Assembly (NCBI GenBank): GCA_016215705.1
Contig: JACRIR010000209.1
Coordinates: forward strand, 16,530-80,529
Source of the DNA: Candidatus Poribacteria bacterium
GTDB taxonomy: Bacteria > Abyssobacteria > SURF-5
Reading direction: 5' to 3'
DNA length: 64,000 nt
In this document: piece by piece, positions 39,677-48,326 of the stretch
How the letters are laid out: every line of letters begins with the position of its first letter
Numbering within the stretch: position 1 is the first letter of the stretch
Made by a program: the position numbers and the translations under genes
The notes under the pieces: model-generated
Told to the model about the DNA's origin: nothing
Databases searched by the model: none
What the model saw: the letters and a program-made list of their open reading frames with translations, nothing else

Positions 39677-41659
39677 TTGGCAAATAAACCCAAGAAAAGA
39701 AGAAGTTTTCCGCAACCGTCGAGCGTGCCGGCAAGCAGTAAACCCAAGTCCGGCCCGCGTCACAGCCTGCAAACTGCCATTGTGGCCCTAATCCTGCTTG
39801 CGAGCATATTCCCTTATCTCAACATCTTCAAGAACGATTTTGTCGGATACGATGATCAGAATCTGATTCAGAATAATAGGGAAATTCATAGCCTCACGCC
39901 GGAAAACGTCGCCCATATGTTTGTCCCGCGCACGCGAGGCAATTACCAACCGATCCGTACGCTCTCCTATGCGGTCGACTACGCTGTTTGGGGTGCGCGC
40001 CCCTTCGGATTTCACCTTGCAAATCTGCTTCTCCATGTCGTGACGGTCGTTGGAGTGTGGTTGCTGATTCGCCATTTGATGCCGGAACCCCTTCCCTTTC
40101 TTGCCGCATTGATTTTCGCGGTTCATCCCATTCATGTCGAGAGCGTGACGTGGATGTCGGCGCGCAAAGACGTGCTTTCGCTGGCTTTTTTCCTGCTTGC
40201 AATCCTCGCCTACGAGAAATCACAAGACAAACAAGGTTGCGAATACGCCACGCAACCGTTGCAAGATATGAAACGACCCCGCAGGGACATGGCTCGCCGT
40301 TCCCCGGCGAACGGAATCAACGATTCTCGGACCGCTTCCCTTCCCTTGTACCTGGCCTCGATTCTCTTTACCGGCCTGGCGCTCCTCTCGAAATTGACGG
40401 CGCTATCCCTGCCTCTTTGCATTTTGCTGCTCGAAATCTGCCGCGACGGCTGGCCGAAGGTCGGCGGATTCGCTCGAAAAGTCGTCCGCCTTGCGCCGCA
40501 CATTCTGCTGGCATGCGCCGTAGTCATATTGAACTTCATGCGCTTCGGAGTCGCATCATCACACGGCGATGCGCTCGCGGGTCTTGAGGGAACGTCCGGC
40601 GCATTAACGCACGACATAAGGCTGAGCATGCCGCTCGTCGTCTGCCGATATATCGGCCTCCTTATCTTGCCTTATGGTTTGGTCACTCACTATGATGTGG
40701 CTCAGATATCGCAAATCTCTGACTTGCGGGCTTTCATTCCCATTCTAGCGCTCGCCGCAATGATTGTGTTCGGCGCTCTTTGCTTCATCAGGGGCCGAAG
40801 AGCACAGGCCTTCGGTATTGGCTGGTTTGTCATTACCTTTCTGCCGACGTCCAACATCTTTCCAACGGCTTCAATGATGAACGACCGCTACATGCACATT
40901 CCGTCCGTTGGGTTCGCAACGCTGCTTGCAATGGCCTTGTCGTACCCGGCGATAGGGATGTCTAAGAATCGGATATCGACGATCAGGATGATCACGATCA
41001 TGCCCGCCGTCATCATCGTATTGCTGTTCTCCGTTCTCACGATTCGCCGTAATGCCGACTGGCGTGACACAACGGCTCTATTCACCCGTACTCTTCGCAT
41101 GAACCCCAGGAGCGTCCAGGCCCGTCTCACTCTCGGGGCAATGAGCGCCAAGTCTGGCGATTATGACTCCGCCATCAAGATGTATCGTGATGCGCTTGAA
41201 ATAGAGCCGGGTGATTATCGCGTTCTCTATAACCTCAGCATATCGTATCAGAAGGAGGGTCTGAATCTTTTGGCCGTCAAGGCCCTCGAGGAATCGCGTG
41301 AGTCAAACCCGGATTTTCTGCCAACGCGGTTCAACCTCGCTGTGGCCTATCATGAGCAAAGGCGCTATGAACAAGCCATCGCGGAGCACAAGGAAGTTCT
41401 TCGGCTTTCCCCCGTAAACGCCGCCTCCCACGGCGACCTCGGTCGCATCTACTCTGAACTCGGCGACATGCAAACAGCCCTTAAGGAACTGAACCTGGCC
41501 TTGAGCATAAAACCAGACCTGATACCCGCTCTCATCGACAGGGCGGATTTGCTTGTTCGGCAAGGTCGGCGTGAAGAGGCTGAGATGGACTTTCAGCGAC
41601 TTGAAGCTCTGGGGGTCAAAACCGGGGATTTGCGGCGTTCAATGCCAATGTCAAATTAA
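39677..41659 (+). CDS. TMTC-like GT-C membrane protein with C-terminal TPRs
   Basis: FVGYDD, YQPIR, FHLANLLLH, FAVHPIHVESVTW, DRYMHIP, then TPR helices; start approximate. Confidence 0.82.
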   Translation: MANKPKKRRSFPQPSSVPASSKPKSGPRHSLQTAIVALILLASIFPYLNIFKNDFVGYDDQNLIQNNREIHSLTPENVAHMFVPRTRGNYQPIRTLSYAVDYAVWGARPFGFHLANLLLHVVTVVGVWLLIRHLMPEPLPFLAALIFAVHPIHVESVTWMSARKDVLSLAFFLLAILAYEKSQDKQGCEYATQPLQDMKRPRRDMARRSPANGINDSRTASLPLYLASILFTGLALLSKLTALSLPLCILLLEICRDGWPKVGGFARKVVRLAPHILLACAVVILNFMRFGVASSHGDALAGLEGTSGALTHDIRLSMPLVVCRYIGLLILPYGLVTHYDVAQISQISDLRAFIPILALAAMIVFGALCFIRGRRAQAFGIGWFVITFLPTSNIFPTASMMNDRYMHIPSVGFATLLAMALSYPAIGMSKNRISTIRMITIMPAVIIVLLFSVLTIRRNADWRDTTALFTRTLRMNPRSVQARLTLGAMSAKSGDYDSAIKMYRDALEIEPGDYRVLYNLSISYQKEGLNLLAVKALEESRESNPDFLPTRFNLAVAYHEQRRYEQAIAEHKEVLRLSPVNAASHGDLGRIYSELGDMQTALKELNLALSIKPDLIPALIDRADLLVRQGRREEAEMDFQRLEALGVKTGDLRRSMPMSN

Positions 41660-41715
41660 GAAAATCGGAAAAATGATGCGACATTAGGAAAGGTAGAGAA
41701 CGCGATGCGACACTG

Positions 41716-41760
41716 AGAAAAATCGGGGACACGATGCCGCATCGTGTCCCCGATTTTTCT
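41716..41760. repeat. GGGGACAC-core palindrome, copy 5
   Basis: AGAAAAATCGGGGACACGATGC-C-GCATCGTGTCCCCGATTTTTCT, 22-bp perfect arms. Confidence 0.9.
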
Positions 41761-41864
41761 TAATCCCGTACCGTCTTGCGGCTTTTCTCCATGCCGTACC
41801 GTCCTCCAAATCCTCTCGGTACGGCATCTCGTCCCCGATTCTCCACTTCAACACGATGTCCTCC

Positions 41865-41892
41865 GTAGGGGCACGGCGCGCCGTGCCCCTAC
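41865..41892. repeat. perfect 28-bp GTAG...CTAC palindrome (REP-like)
   Basis: GTAGGGGCACGGCGCGCCGTGCCCCTAC. Confidence 0.85.
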
Positions 41893-41912
41893 AGCAATTA
41901 TCGGACAGATTC

Positions 41913-42845
41913 TCAGTTCCTTCCTGACAACGGCCGGCGACTCAACTCCTCCGGCGTCGAGTATATTGTTATCCCCTCCCGCATAAGCCTGACAAGGTGA
42001 TCGAAGAATCCGCGCGCCTGGGTTTGCCACGAGGATGCCGATCCGATCTTGCCGGTCGTCAGCAGGCCCGCCGCTCTGAATTCCTGCCAGAAGTAAGCGC
42101 GCAAGTCCTCGCGTTCCTTCTGGTCTATTCGTTGCTTGACGTAGTGTGGGTCTAACGGCCTGACGCGTACCACCACCAGATTTCCGCTCCAGTCGCGGCA
42201 TCTCAAGTCGTACGTGGCCTGCACTCTGACCGGCAACGGGAACTCATCTTTCATCGTATCTTCAAGAGCATGATAGTAGGCCACCGGCGCCAATGATACC
42301 CCGAGACCCAGAACCTTGCCGTTCAGTTTCAGTATCCGGTCCCAAGGAGAGTCAGGGCCGAAAGTGGAAGGGGCAAGATGGTGAGATTCCGTCACGTATT
42401 TTGCATGATGGCCTACGGCCGAAACAGAGTGTGTAGGATGAATGCTCCGTTGTATATTGGGAAACTTAAGAAAGGCTGACGGTATGGCGCCAAGATATGT
42501 CCCGTGACGGCGCGGGTCAAACATGTATTTGTCGGCTGCGAGACAAGTGTTGTAGCAGCTATGCTCCAACATGTGGTAGGTTGGAATGACGAGCGTCCCG
42601 CTCGGTGTCACGGTCTCGAAGAGCGCCTCCAGAACCGTTTGCGCTCCACCATCAACGTATCCGAGACTTTTCAGCGACGAGTGCACCAGGACAACGTTGT
42701 CCTTCACGATTCCCAATGCGTGCAAATCATCGATGAGCCGTCGTTTGGAGATAGCCGGCTGAGAATTCTTGATCTGACGGCGTCGGATGGGCTGTATAAG
42801 CCTATCCTTTGCTTCCTTGAGGCGCACCCGCAGTGCCCAGAGCAT
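41913..42845 (-). CDS. AAC(3)-family (Antibiotic_NAT fold) N-acetyltransferase
   Basis: LVHSSLKSLG, GTLVIPT, RSIHPTHS, FGPDSPW, H.LE. Confidence 0.85.
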   Translation of the reverse strand: MLWALRVRLKEAKDRLIQPIRRRQIKNSQPAISKRRLIDDLHALGIVKDNVVLVHSSLKSLGYVDGGAQTVLEALFETVTPSGTLVIPTYHMLEHSCYNTCLAADKYMFDPRRHGTYLGAIPSAFLKFPNIQRSIHPTHSVSAVGHHAKYVTESHHLAPSTFGPDSPWDRILKLNGKVLGLGVSLAPVAYYHALEDTMKDEFPLPVRVQATYDLRCRDWSGNLVVVRVRPLDPHYVKQRIDQKEREDLRAYFWQEFRAAGLLTTGKIGSASSWQTQARGFFDHLVRLMREGITIYSTPEELSRRPLSGRN

Positions 42846-42849
42846 TTCC

Positions 42850-44085
42850 TCAAACCCCTTCTCTTTCCCTTACCGCTTTCTCCAACATGTTTGCGTCTAC
42901 AAAGAACTTGCAGGCCCAATTGGGAAACTCATACTTCAAATAACCGCCGTCCACAGGAAACGACCCCTTTATTGCGCCCCGCTTCTCGGACGAGCCTTCA
43001 CATATCATGCTTCGCCGGACATAACGGGTCAAGGCGTATGCGGCATCCCGGTATCGTTCATCTCCCACAAAATCGAATAGCATCAGAAAGCAGATGGCGA
43101 TTTGTACGCTTCCCGTCAGGCAAGCCCAGTTCGCCGCGCTTCTCCAATCAGGATAAAGCCTGCCTGGCAGGAAGCCATCCTCTCGCACAGCGCTGAGAAC
43201 ACCATCGGCCGTTTTGCGGGATGACTCTAACAGGACAGCGTCCCGGTTGAACCTGTAAAGCTCAAGAATACCCCTCAGCGCGTAACCCAACGTATGTGTC
43301 AACGGTCTTGTGGGATCGCCGGTGCAACACCTTTCAAACCAGCCATTGTCTCTTTGCAACTTCAGCGCCCACTTTACGTTTGCAGTCGCGGAATCAGCGT
43401 AAGGTTTGTCCTGCTCTAAACGCGCTGCCTCCAATATTGCCCATGCGACGTGCGTGTCGTACGCTTTCTCACCCCTAAAGCGAACCCCGGGCTGGTTCCT
43501 GCGCCAGGCCCCATCTTTATCTTGTGTCTTGACCAGCCAATCGGCCGCTCGAATCATTGGCTCGCGATATATGTCTCCGAATTCGCGGACACCGCTCGCC
43601 AGACCGAGCAGGATTTGGCCGGTGTCAAACGTCGCAGGGAGAGGCGGCGTCGCCCCGATGAGTCCTGCTTGGAAGCACCCGTCAGGAAATTGAATTGAGA
43701 CGAGCCAGTCAAGCATGCGTTGAGCCCGCTGGCGCGCCCACGTGTTGCCACTGAGTCCGGCGTACGCCAACATGGTCGGCACGATGTAGCCGGTTGTCTC
43801 AGGATACGATGCCGCCCAGCCTTCGATGAGGCTGTAACGCGCAGAAACCCCGCCGTCATGCGAAGTGGAACAGTCTTGAGCAAACCTGAGCCAATTCGCT
43901 CCGAGTTCGATCGCCTTTTCAATGCCGGGATCTTCTGAAGGAAGCCCGAGTCGGTCGCGGCGGGCTTCAAGCCTTGCATTCTCAGGCAATGTATATTTGA
44001 TCAGTTTTGCGGCAATCCAACGGAGAGATTCGCTGGTCTTTCTGAGCATAAGCGCAGCCTGAAATCGGCCCCCCCAACTGCACAA
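42850..44085 (-). CDS. alpha/alpha-barrel protein with prenyltransferase/squalene-cyclase-like QxxDGxW repeats (start uncertain)
   Basis: SYPETTGY; WLVSIQFPDG, WLVKTQDKDGAW, WALKLQRDNGWF; NWACKF. Confidence 0.7.
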   Translation of the reverse strand: MCSWGGRFQAALMLRKTSESLRWIAAKLIKYTLPENARLEARRDRLGLPSEDPGIEKAIELGANWLRFAQDCSTSHDGGVSARYSLIEGWAASYPETTGYIVPTMLAYAGLSGNTWARQRAQRMLDWLVSIQFPDGCFQAGLIGATPPLPATFDTGQILLGLASGVREFGDIYREPMIRAADWLVKTQDKDGAWRRNQPGVRFRGEKAYDTHVAWAILEAARLEQDKPYADSATANVKWALKLQRDNGWFERCCTGDPTRPLTHTLGYALRGILELYRFNRDAVLLESSRKTADGVLSAVREDGFLPGRLYPDWRSAANWACLTGSVQIAICFLMLFDFVGDERYRDAAYALTRYVRRSMICEGSSEKRGAIKGSFPVDGGYLKYEFPNWACKFFVDANMLEKAVREREGV

Positions 44086-44320
44086 TCGAGCAAATCAATC
44101 ACGAAACATTTGCAGTATACACGCGCAAGAAAAGCCATGTCAATGCCGGATTAAGGGATAAGTGCGCCAAATAAGAGGTGCTGAGTCTGCCCCGAGTTTG
44201 ACAGGCCAACATGGTTCGACTATAATTTCAAAAACAGGCGTTTGTGTTTGCCGTAGTTGCAACCAGCCGCTATCACGCAACAAAAACCTCGGATTTCAAG
44301 AACTTGCACAAACTATTCTG

Positions 44321-45709
44321 ATGCGTAAAATCCCCCGTTTCAAGATATTCCTTCTTCTCGCGCTGTCTGCAACCCTCCTGCAATGTGCTGACAGGCCACA
44401 AGTTTCAGTCAAGAACGAGATGAATGTTCTCCTTATTACAATCGATACTCTTCGCGCCGACCATCTCGGCTGCTACGGCTACACTCAGCACGTTTCGCCC
44501 TCTATTGACGCCTTGGCCCATAGGGGAGTTCTATTCAGCAACTGCATAAGCCAATGCCCCATGACCCCTACGTCGCACGCTTCCATACTCACTGGTCAGG
44601 ATCCCTACCGTCACGGCGTGCGTGAGTTCCTCAGCAAAAGACTCAAGCGAGATACTCCCACTCTGGCGACCCTTCTGAAGAATGCCGGCTATCAAACCGC
44701 TGCCTTCGTCAGCGCATACTCTCTTGAGAAACAAAAATATGGGCTGGACAACGGGTTCGATGTTTATGACCAGAGTTTCTGCGAGGAGCAAGACGCCGAA
44801 CACTTCGACCAGGAAAAACAAAGGGTTAATTCTCAGCGCCAACAGAACCCGGTGCAGAGAAGGGCCGACCTGACCGCGTCTCTTGCCGTGGACTGGTTGC
44901 GCCGGATTGACAAGCGCCCGTTCTTCCTGTGGGTCCACTACTTTGATCCTCATGAGACTGTCCTCGTGCCTCCAATCATTCCCGGTCTCTTCGAGTATTC
45001 GGTCAAGGGCCCACTGACTCCTGTTCATCTGCAAATGTATGATGTCGAGATAAGGTTCGTGGACTTGATACTTAATACTTTGACCAGCGAGCTCTTCAAA
45101 ATGGGATTGGGACAAAACACCTTGATTGTTCTGACTTCCGACCACGGGCAGGGGCTTGACAACCACAACTACGAGTACCATACTCGCGCTCTCTACCAGG
45201 AACAAATCCATATTCCCTTGATCCTTGCCGGCAAACCGATACCCGTCGGCGTGAAAGTGGATGCTCTCGCCAGGTCGACGGACATCCTTCCCACCGTGCT
45301 TGATATCCTCGGCTATCCGGATGATAAGATTCCCCTCAACTTTGACGGCAGGAGCCTGCGAACTTTCTGGGAAAACACAGGTCGCGAAAAACCCGCTGAA
45401 GTCACGGCATACAGCGAAACTTTGTATTCAAAACTCAGAAGCGGCGGCTCGCCTATGTATTCGATGATTGACGGCGACATGAAGCTGATCTATCACGCCG
45501 AAGCGCAATATAAGAACGAAATGTATGACCTCGCCCGCGATCCGCTCGAGATGAACAACATATTCACTCAGCAGCCGAAGCATGCGAAAAAACTGATCGG
45601 AGAAATCAATTCTCTGCTGAAAGGAACCACGATTTCCACTCAACGGGCAAAAGCCGGGCAGGACAAGGATTGGGAGAACAAGCTGAAATCTCTCGGATAT
45701 ATGAACTAG
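44321..45709 (+). CDS. sulfatase-like alkaline-phosphatase-superfamily protein, possible lipoprotein
   Basis: NVLLITIDTLRAD, TPTSHASILTG, HYFDPH, TSDHG, LKSLGY; signal peptide ending LLQC. Confidence 0.82.
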   Translation: MRKIPRFKIFLLLALSATLLQCADRPQVSVKNEMNVLLITIDTLRADHLGCYGYTQHVSPSIDALAHRGVLFSNCISQCPMTPTSHASILTGQDPYRHGVREFLSKRLKRDTPTLATLLKNAGYQTAAFVSAYSLEKQKYGLDNGFDVYDQSFCEEQDAEHFDQEKQRVNSQRQQNPVQRRADLTASLAVDWLRRIDKRPFFLWVHYFDPHETVLVPPIIPGLFEYSVKGPLTPVHLQMYDVEIRFVDLILNTLTSELFKMGLGQNTLIVLTSDHGQGLDNHNYEYHTRALYQEQIHIPLILAGKPIPVGVKVDALARSTDILPTVLDILGYPDDKIPLNFDGRSLRTFWENTGREKPAEVTAYSETLYSKLRSGGSPMYSMIDGDMKLIYHAEAQYKNEMYDLARDPLEMNNIFTQQPKHAKKLIGEINSLLKGTTISTQRAKAGQDKDWENKLKSLGYMN

Positions 45710-47469
45710 TGTAAGGAGTATAAGTTCTCTAGCGCCTCTTTCAGCGCTTCCGGCCGACGCGGCGATACTTCGCCGCCCTCATAAACGAGAAACGGGGAAC
45801 CAACATATCTCTCCCAATCCCTCTGATATCGACTGTCCTTCCCGACTATCCCAAGTTGCTTCACCCTCCGCCAGCGCTCGGCGCAAACCTGATCCTGCAA
45901 CGAGCGCTCCGGAAAGTAAATATGCCCGCCCAGTGCGCCAATCTTGAAGTATGCTGATTTCCCATAGGACAGCGCCCCATAGGGTATCATCTCGACGGTT
46001 ACGATTCGGACGGCGTCGAGCGACTCGTCGCCATAGAACAGGCGCAGAGCGTACTTGAGATTGTCAAACCTGAAAACGAGCGCACCCTCAACGGAATCGG
46101 GAACATTAAGGAAGAAAAACGTCGTTCCGGATCCCGGGGCCGGGTAGATTTGCGTCGTCTGCTCAACGACGTCACCCGCAATGTCGGAAGCATGCTTCCA
46201 TATGGTCTGTCTTTGTTTGAGATAATAGCAGCTTGTGCCGGCAAAAGCGATCGCTAGGACGCATCCGAGAACAATTGAATATCTCCTCGATCTCGGGGCC
46301 GCCGACTCAGAAAGCCCGAACAAAGCGACCGAAATCAATATCGCCGCCGCACTCGATCCTAGAACCATGTGTCTCTCCGATGGCACCAGTCCCAGGCAGA
46401 GGACCGGCGCGGCGCTCACCATAATCCACCATAAAAGGAACGTTGCCCTGAATCTCTTCAGGATCAACGGAACGACTACAACTGCCAGGATGGTGACTCC
46501 TCCGACTACCGGAAAAACCACTCCATTTCCTGCAAGCCTGTCGAACCAGTTTAGCGCTAAAGCCCAGTCGATTGGGGACAGGGTCATAATGAGTGAGTAC
46601 CACAATCCGACTATCAGAATTCTCCAGTCGAAGGCGGTCAGCGCGGGCGGCAAGTGTACCTGCCGCATTACCACGTGTCGGACGGCCACAAAAAGGACGC
46701 CAAGCGCAATAAATGGCAGACAGCTTGTCGCGCTTCTCATTATTGCGTTTAGCAAGCGGGAATACACGTCCGCTGTCGTCGGACCAGGACTCTCGCTCTG
46801 GCAGGGATGACCTCGATGTTCTCGAATGACTTGTGTATTCCCTCCGGCTATTGCCCCATCTCTGACAGGGTTGCTCGCTCCCAGGAGCATGTCATAGATA
46901 AAGACAATTATCGGGAGAGAAATAGCTGATTCCTTTGTCAGCAACGCGCATGCGAATAAGACCAGTGAGCACGCATATGAGGGCGTAGAACGATCCTGCC
47001 GCCATCGAATGAAACATATGAGCGATGCCAACGTGAGAATATTTTCAACAGCCCCATTAATGCTCGATATCCAGAAAATAGCTTCGGCGTGCACGCTCGA
47101 GGTCAGGAATATGACTGCCGAGACGAGGCCCAACAGCCATCTGCCCGTGATACGCAATCCCAAAACGTAAACCTCAAAACACAGAACAGCAAAACAAATG
47201 AGGCTCATCATGTGGTAGCCACCCGACCACAAATGAAACACTCTTCCTAATAACTCGAAGAAGACTTTGATTCCTGGCCGATAGTAGAGGCCCCACGACG
47301 GCCTCAGAAATTCCGAAAGCCCTTCCCGCCAGCCGACACTTTCTTGATGGAGCGCATGATAGATCACGTTGTAATCATCGGAATTGAACCCATGCTTTAT
47401 CGTCCCACCTAAAAGAATGAAGACTAAAGTGAAAAGCAGGAAAAGGAAGACGGCTTTTTTCAGTCCCAC
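45706..47469 (-). CDS. GT-C-like membrane glycosyltransferase (TMTC-related core, no TPR)
   Basis: FNSDDY, YYRP, VHAEAIFW, ALLTKES, ERH. Confidence 0.75.
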   Translation of the reverse strand: MGLKKAVFLFLLFTLVFILLGGTIKHGFNSDDYNVIYHALHQESVGWREGLSEFLRPSWGLYYRPGIKVFFELLGRVFHLWSGGYHMMSLICFAVLCFEVYVLGLRITGRWLLGLVSAVIFLTSSVHAEAIFWISSINGAVENILTLASLICFIRWRQDRSTPSYACSLVLFACALLTKESAISLPIIVFIYDMLLGASNPVRDGAIAGGNTQVIREHRGHPCQSESPGPTTADVYSRLLNAIMRSATSCLPFIALGVLFVAVRHVVMRQVHLPPALTAFDWRILIVGLWYSLIMTLSPIDWALALNWFDRLAGNGVVFPVVGGVTILAVVVVPLILKRFRATFLLWWIMVSAAPVLCLGLVPSERHMVLGSSAAAILISVALFGLSESAAPRSRRYSIVLGCVLAIAFAGTSCYYLKQRQTIWKHASDIAGDVVEQTTQIYPAPGSGTTFFFLNVPDSVEGALVFRFDNLKYALRLFYGDESLDAVRIVTVEMIPYGALSYGKSAYFKIGALGGHIYFPERSLQDQVCAERWRRVKQLGIVGKDSRYQRDWERYVGSPFLVYEGGEVSPRRPEALKEALENLYSLH

Positions 47470-47505
47470 GCGCGCCCTCTCAGAGAACTGCTGTTTGTTC
47501 CTTAA

Positions 47506-47535
47506 TTGGGGACACTATGCCGCATCATGTCCCAA
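47506..47535. repeat. GGGGACAC-core palindrome, degenerate copy 6
   Basis: TTGGGGACACTATGC-C-GCATCATGTCCCAA. Confidence 0.7.
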
Positions 47536-47591
47536 AACAAGGATAGCCGTGTGTCTCGCAATAGACAAACCCGTGCATCGGGTTAGGGCTC

Positions 47592-48326
47592 CTAATGCTC
47601 TTTTGTCGCAAGCAAAAGCAACGAAAGCCCGAATGGCAAGTCACAGCGTCCCAGCAGCCAGCGCTCCATTCGCATCGCTCCCAACAGAAGCTGGTTCAGC
47701 AATCGCAGGTCTTCATGATATTTTATTCGATAGTTTGCCGAAGCCTTCCTGAGTCTTCCGAAGGTGAGCCTCGCAAGCGCAACCGGCCCAAAAAGAAGAG
47801 TATTGAAATAGCTGACGCGTTTTACCCTGAAGCCCGCAGACTCTACTTTCCCGAGCAGTTCCTTCTTCGAGTATCGTCGCTTGTGGTGGAGTGCGGCGTC
47901 ATGAGCGCTCCACAGACTCTCATACGCGGGAACGCTCACGAGCAGATTTCCTTTAGGCGCTGCGACTCTGAACACTTCGCGGAGCACGGCATTATCGTCC
48001 TCACAATGCTCGAGCAAGTCGGCCGCAATCAGCAATCCGAATGCGCCCGACTTGAAGGGAAGCGCCCCTGCGTCGGCCCGGCAGAGTCTCGAAATGCCCG
48101 TGCCGCGGCAGTAAGCGAGCGCGCCCATGTTGCAGTCCATCCCGAAGATGCGTCCTGCCGCCGTGAATCGTTTCATCATGAGACCGGAGCCGCATCCGAT
48201 GTCCAGGATCGGCCTGTCTTTCAACGAGTCGGTTTGTGCGCTGGAAAAGAGAATATCGCGTGTGCCGACAAACCACCAGTGATTCTCGCCCAGCCGGAAC
48301 AACTGAGCGTACTCCCCAGGATTCAT
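47592..48326 (-). CDS. class I SAM-dependent methyltransferase
   Basis: HWWFVGTR, ILDIGCGSG, DLLEH, WSAHD..LHHKRRYS; same subfamily motifs as 28912-29781. Confidence 0.87.
   Translation of the reverse strand: MNPGEYAQLFRLGENHWWFVGTRDILFSSAQTDSLKDRPILDIGCGSGLMMKRFTAAGRIFGMDCNMGALAYCRGTGISRLCRADAGALPFKSGAFGLLIAADLLEHCEDDNAVLREVFRVAAPKGNLLVSVPAYESLWSAHDAALHHKRRYSKKELLGKVESAGFRVKRVSYFNTLLFGPVALARLTFGRLRKASANYRIKYHEDLRLLNQLLLGAMRMERWLLGRCDLPFGLSLLLLATKEH

Noticed and set aside
41913-42845. AAC(3) gene as an acquired aminoglycoside resistance gene
   Set aside because: Family-level motifs only, glycan-cluster context and no mobile element; resistance cannot be supported.
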